Of a stretch of DNA of 64,000 bases, positions 60,621 to 64,000 are shown one piece after another; within the stretch, counting starts at the first letter, position 1; each line of letters starts with the position of its first letter. The position numbers and the translations under genes are program-made. The notes under the pieces were generated by a model. The model was not told the origin of the DNA. It searched no databases and saw only the letters and a program-made list of their open reading frames with translations. This DNA comes from Setoptus koraiensis (lineage: Eukaryota > Animalia > Arthropoda): positions 6,076,001 to 6,140,000 of the forward strand of contig CM106586.1 of assembly GCA_048013815.1 (NCBI GenBank), read 5' to 3'.

Positions 60621-61062
60621 AACTAAAAGTTTTATGGGTTGAGGTTGGCCTATACACATACCATACATTTGAATTGAGCATGAAATTGACCACAAGTATG
60701 AGTGTGAGGGCCACTACCGCCATTGGACGCAAGTGATAAAACTACTAAAAACCATAATACTAACAAATTATATAAATATATAAATATAACTTTATCACCG
60801 TTATCCTCTCCATCAATGAGAAGTGGTGTGTGTATTTTTTAATGAATTTCGTTAAATAGTATTGTTCACATTTGTATATATAAATATATATAGAGGTAGT
60901 TGACTATTGTGCAAGCGACACTAGTGCACACATCACATTATTTTGCAACCTGATTGATTTAATGATATTGCCTCTAGCAGGTTGAATGAATGAATCTAGT
61001 TCATGAATGCATCGATACGCACTTATGTTAATATCTCAATCCTGTTCACTTAGTATATTGAA

Positions 61063-61068
61063 AATAAA
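61063..61068 (+). promoter_or_regulatory. Candidate polyadenylation signal of the DOMON gene
   Basis: AATAAA about 440 nt downstream of the stop codon, in an AT-rich 3' region. Confidence 0.3.
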
Positions 61069-62035
61069 AACGTTGATATTATATACAACATCTTTGGGCG
61101 AATGCCCTCAACTTTGATCTGTTCTCTCCGGTGACAAATTCGCGCCTTATGTAGCCGTTGTAAACCCATAAAATGTTGCCAACCTATAAAGGCCCAGTGG
61201 TAACGTTTATGTTGGATCTAAGATATTTATGTTCATCTCTGGAACAATGGTTATTATTATGGAGAAATCAGTAAATACCTTGACCCTTGTATGTTGCTGT
61301 TGACGACTATTAGTAGAGATTAAATTAATACGTGGATATAATGCGCTTTTGGACGCAATCCATTCAACATCAATGACTCGTACTGAGATAGTACTCAACG
61401 AAAACAAATTTGTGTGTACTTCATGAGGCAGATATGTTTATTATACCACCATTGCAATTGTTGTTGTCGGCTGTATGCAAAAATATCTTCATCACGCCAG
61501 CCACATCAATTCTTTCGAAACATTGGCATCACAAAGAGCAGCATGTTCAAGGATTAGTAGGGACAAGATAGGATTCGAATATTTCCATGGATAACAACAA
61601 TAACAAAAGACCAACAGTTTTGATTGGCCATGCAAATAAATTGTCCATTAAGTCTATTTTTATCATTATCCAGATTGATAATCAAGCATGCCGCGAGCAA
61701 CAACAACAATAAACAAACTTATACTACTCCCACTCTTTCTACTATCATCACTAGCACTACTAATGCGAATATTTGGCAACCGTTATATAGAGGCAGAGAG
61801 AATCATTAAAGGGATTAGTTTGCGCGTGTTTCGCCACATTTAATCAATGAAGAAACATGTTTATAATGGTAGACATTAGGCGTGATGCTTATAAACCTAA
61901 TCTCGGCGCTTTGATGGTGGTGGACAATTCTCTCCAAATTTAGACACAACCACCAAACGCCAACGGGCCACAGAGAATCGATATTGTTAATGGTTAATTT
62001 TCTAGGAAACTGTGTACGCGGATGAGAAAGGATGC

Positions 62036-64000
62036 TCATGACGATTTACTAATTTGCACATTCTTGTCATTGGCCGCCTCTTCCATAGTTTTGACTACAT
62101 CTATGTTTAGGTCGTCCGCAACATCTATCAAATCCTCCATGGTCTGTTCATCGTCGTCGTCGTCGTCCTCCTGCTCCTGCTCCCCACTTACAACATCATC
62201 AACATCGTTACTCCGTTGATATATTTGAATTTCCGGAGAGCCGATTTCTATGTCGCTGACATCGTCATCGCTGCTCTCGCGTCCGCCGATGTCGGTCTGG
62301 TCATCATCATGTTCGCTTTTTTCACCAGAATCAGTGTGACAATCACCAACACCAGAGCCTATGTTCAAAATGTCGTCTATCCGATAGGACTTTTTGTTGT
62401 TGACACTTGTCGCTAGAGGCTGATGATGTTCCGATGTCAAATTGACATCATCGTGGCTGCTAATTACTGGCTGGCTTGGTATATTTGGTTTGTGTTGTTG
62501 GACATCAGCACCTATTGAACATTTAGATTTTGTTAAGTTGCGCACGTTGTCTGATCTGTTGTCTTGGAATGGTGTGTCGCTCAATGCAGTTGTTGCATCA
62601 TTACAATCTCTGTTTGTAAGAGATGAGGCGGCCAAAAATTGCTTTGTCACTTGTTGTGCAGCTGCGGCCATTGCAACAAGATTCATTTGCCAGGCTGGCG
62701 GCGATGGCATTAGTAAATTAGCTGATAGATTAGTGGATTGGTCTGGCCGATAAAAGCTCAACTGATTGAGTGTCTGCTTATATGGCAAGGCCGTCATATC
62801 TTGTTGATGGTTGATGGCGGCGGTGGTGGTGGTTGTTGTTGTGTATCTGCCACTATCATGGTGAGCGGTGAAATGTTGATTATGGTGCTGGTGAAGAGGG
62901 GCTTTATTCAATAATTGTTGTGTGTAGTTGTTCAATTGACAGCATTGATTGTTGGCTGTAGCATGCACTGGTGTAGATCTGTTGATTTTGATTTGTTGAT
63001 GTTGTTGGTCATTGCAATTGCGACATGAGCAGCCAGAAGAAGAGGCAGGTAGCTGGTCAAAGTGCTGATGTAATTGTAACTTCAATTGAATTGCTAATGA
63101 TTGACTCCCTAATGATTGTTGTTGCTGATTGGTTGTTGCGCTCGTGTTGTCCTGTTGACTAGTGGTGGTAGCCATTGACTTAGTGTTAGCCAACTGACTT
63201 GACGTGTTGTGCCGATGGTTGCAGTTAACGGATGTTGCTGTCAGTTGTTGTTTATAGTGATGATAGTTGTCTGAAAGATTAACTGGTCGTGATTGTTGTT
63301 GCATAACTTGGGGCTGTTGCAACACTGTTGTTGTTTGTTTCATTTTCGACGAGTGTGTCACAGATAACTGATTTGCAGCGCCACTATTACTACTGCTACT
63401 ACTTTTACTACTGCCATAATTGTACTGTTGCTGCTGTCTAACTGACTGATCATTGTGCAATTGATTGTGATGATGATGATGATGATGGTGGTGACGACGC
63501 CTAGAGCTAGTGACAGTCAAACTAGAGCCCGAGGCCAAAGAGGTTGCCGAGTGTCCAGTTGAACAGTGCGCCTCATTAGTGGCTCGATGTTGAGATGTTT
63601 GTTGTCGTTGGTTGTTGGTGCTGCTGCCGCTGTTTGACTGGCAACAACTGCCGCTCTGACGATTTGTATTATTATTACTATTCTGATGAGAGGGTCTAAT
63701 TGTTTGATTTACTAGATTGTTGTTGTTATGATGTTGCTGCTGTTGCGATGACGACGACGGCCGAGGTGACGAAACGGGCACCGATGACGACCACGACGAC
63801 GCTAGTTGCAATTGATTATGATGATTGGGCAAATTCAACGACAAACTTCCGTTTCTCAGTATACGATTGATAGACGATATTGATGGTATAACAAAATGAC
63901 TGTACACCGATTTGTCCTGTCTAGATTTGGTGCCTGCTCGGCCTGTTGCCTCATTGACGCTGTTGTTGTTGCCGCTATTGCGACTACTGGTGGCCGAACT
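62036..64000 (-). CDS. Poxn: Paired-box transcription factor, Pox neuro-like; 3' portion, 5'-partial (frame open to the window edge)
   Basis: PSISSINRILRN (63886-63851) is the terminal paired-domain helix and matches recalled Poxn. An octapeptide/eh1-like YRIDDILN lies at 62386-62363. No homeodomain is present. No stop occurs in frame from 64000 to 62036. Confidence 0.72.
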   Translation of the reverse strand, partial: SSATSSRNSGNNNSVNEATGRAGTKSRQDKSVYSHFVIPSISSINRILRNGSLSLNLPNHHNQLQLASSWSSSVPVSSPRPSSSSQQQQHHNNNNLVNQTIRPSHQNSNNNTNRQSGSCCQSNSGSSTNNQRQQTSQHRATNEAHCSTGHSATSLASGSSLTVTSSRRRHHHHHHHHHNQLHNDQSVRQQQQYNYGSSKSSSSSNSGAANQLSVTHSSKMKQTTTVLQQPQVMQQQSRPVNLSDNYHHYKQQLTATSVNCNHRHNTSSQLANTKSMATTTSQQDNTSATTNQQQQSLGSQSLAIQLKLQLHQHFDQLPASSSGCSCRNCNDQQHQQIKINRSTPVHATANNQCCQLNNYTQQLLNKAPLHQHHNQHFTAHHDSGRYTTTTTTTAAINHQQDMTALPYKQTLNQLSFYRPDQSTNLSANLLMPSPPAWQMNLVAMAAAAQQVTKQFLAASSLTNRDCNDATTALSDTPFQDNRSDNVRNLTKSKCSIGADVQQHKPNIPSQPVISSHDDVNLTSEHHQPLATSVNNKKSYRIDDILNIGSGVGDCHTDSGEKSEHDDDQTDIGGRESSDDDVSDIEIGSPEIQIYQRSNDVDDVVSGEQEQEDDDDDDEQTMEDLIDVADDLNIDVVKTMEEAANDKNVQISKSS

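Overview
This is eukaryotic (arthropod-like) genomic DNA. A mite, possibly eriophyoid, is inferred from mir-87, a Pox-neuro-like gene, intronless conserved genes and heavy CAA/CA microsatellite load. Two GC/CpG-rich, repeat-laden blocks (about 1-19 kb and 41-57 kb) contain no recognisable protein genes. They alternate with AT-rich gene-dense blocks (about 27.5-40 kb and 57-64 kb). Supported genes: mir-87 (+, 19.4 kb); a 4-exon SLC36 proton-coupled amino acid transporter (-, 20.2-29.5 kb); an F-box/LRR protein fused to a catalytically dead, truncated Upf1-like helicase module (-); a secreted His/Glu-rich protein (+); ABHD12 (-); a degenerate septin lacking a coiled coil (-); a two-DOMON/mucin single-pass membrane protein (+); and the 3' part of a Pox neuro-like Pax gene (-). 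A 500-N gap lies at 30373-30872. The top novelty candidate is the F-box-LRR-pseudo-Upf1 fusion. All homology calls come from motif recognition against remembered sequences; no searches were run.
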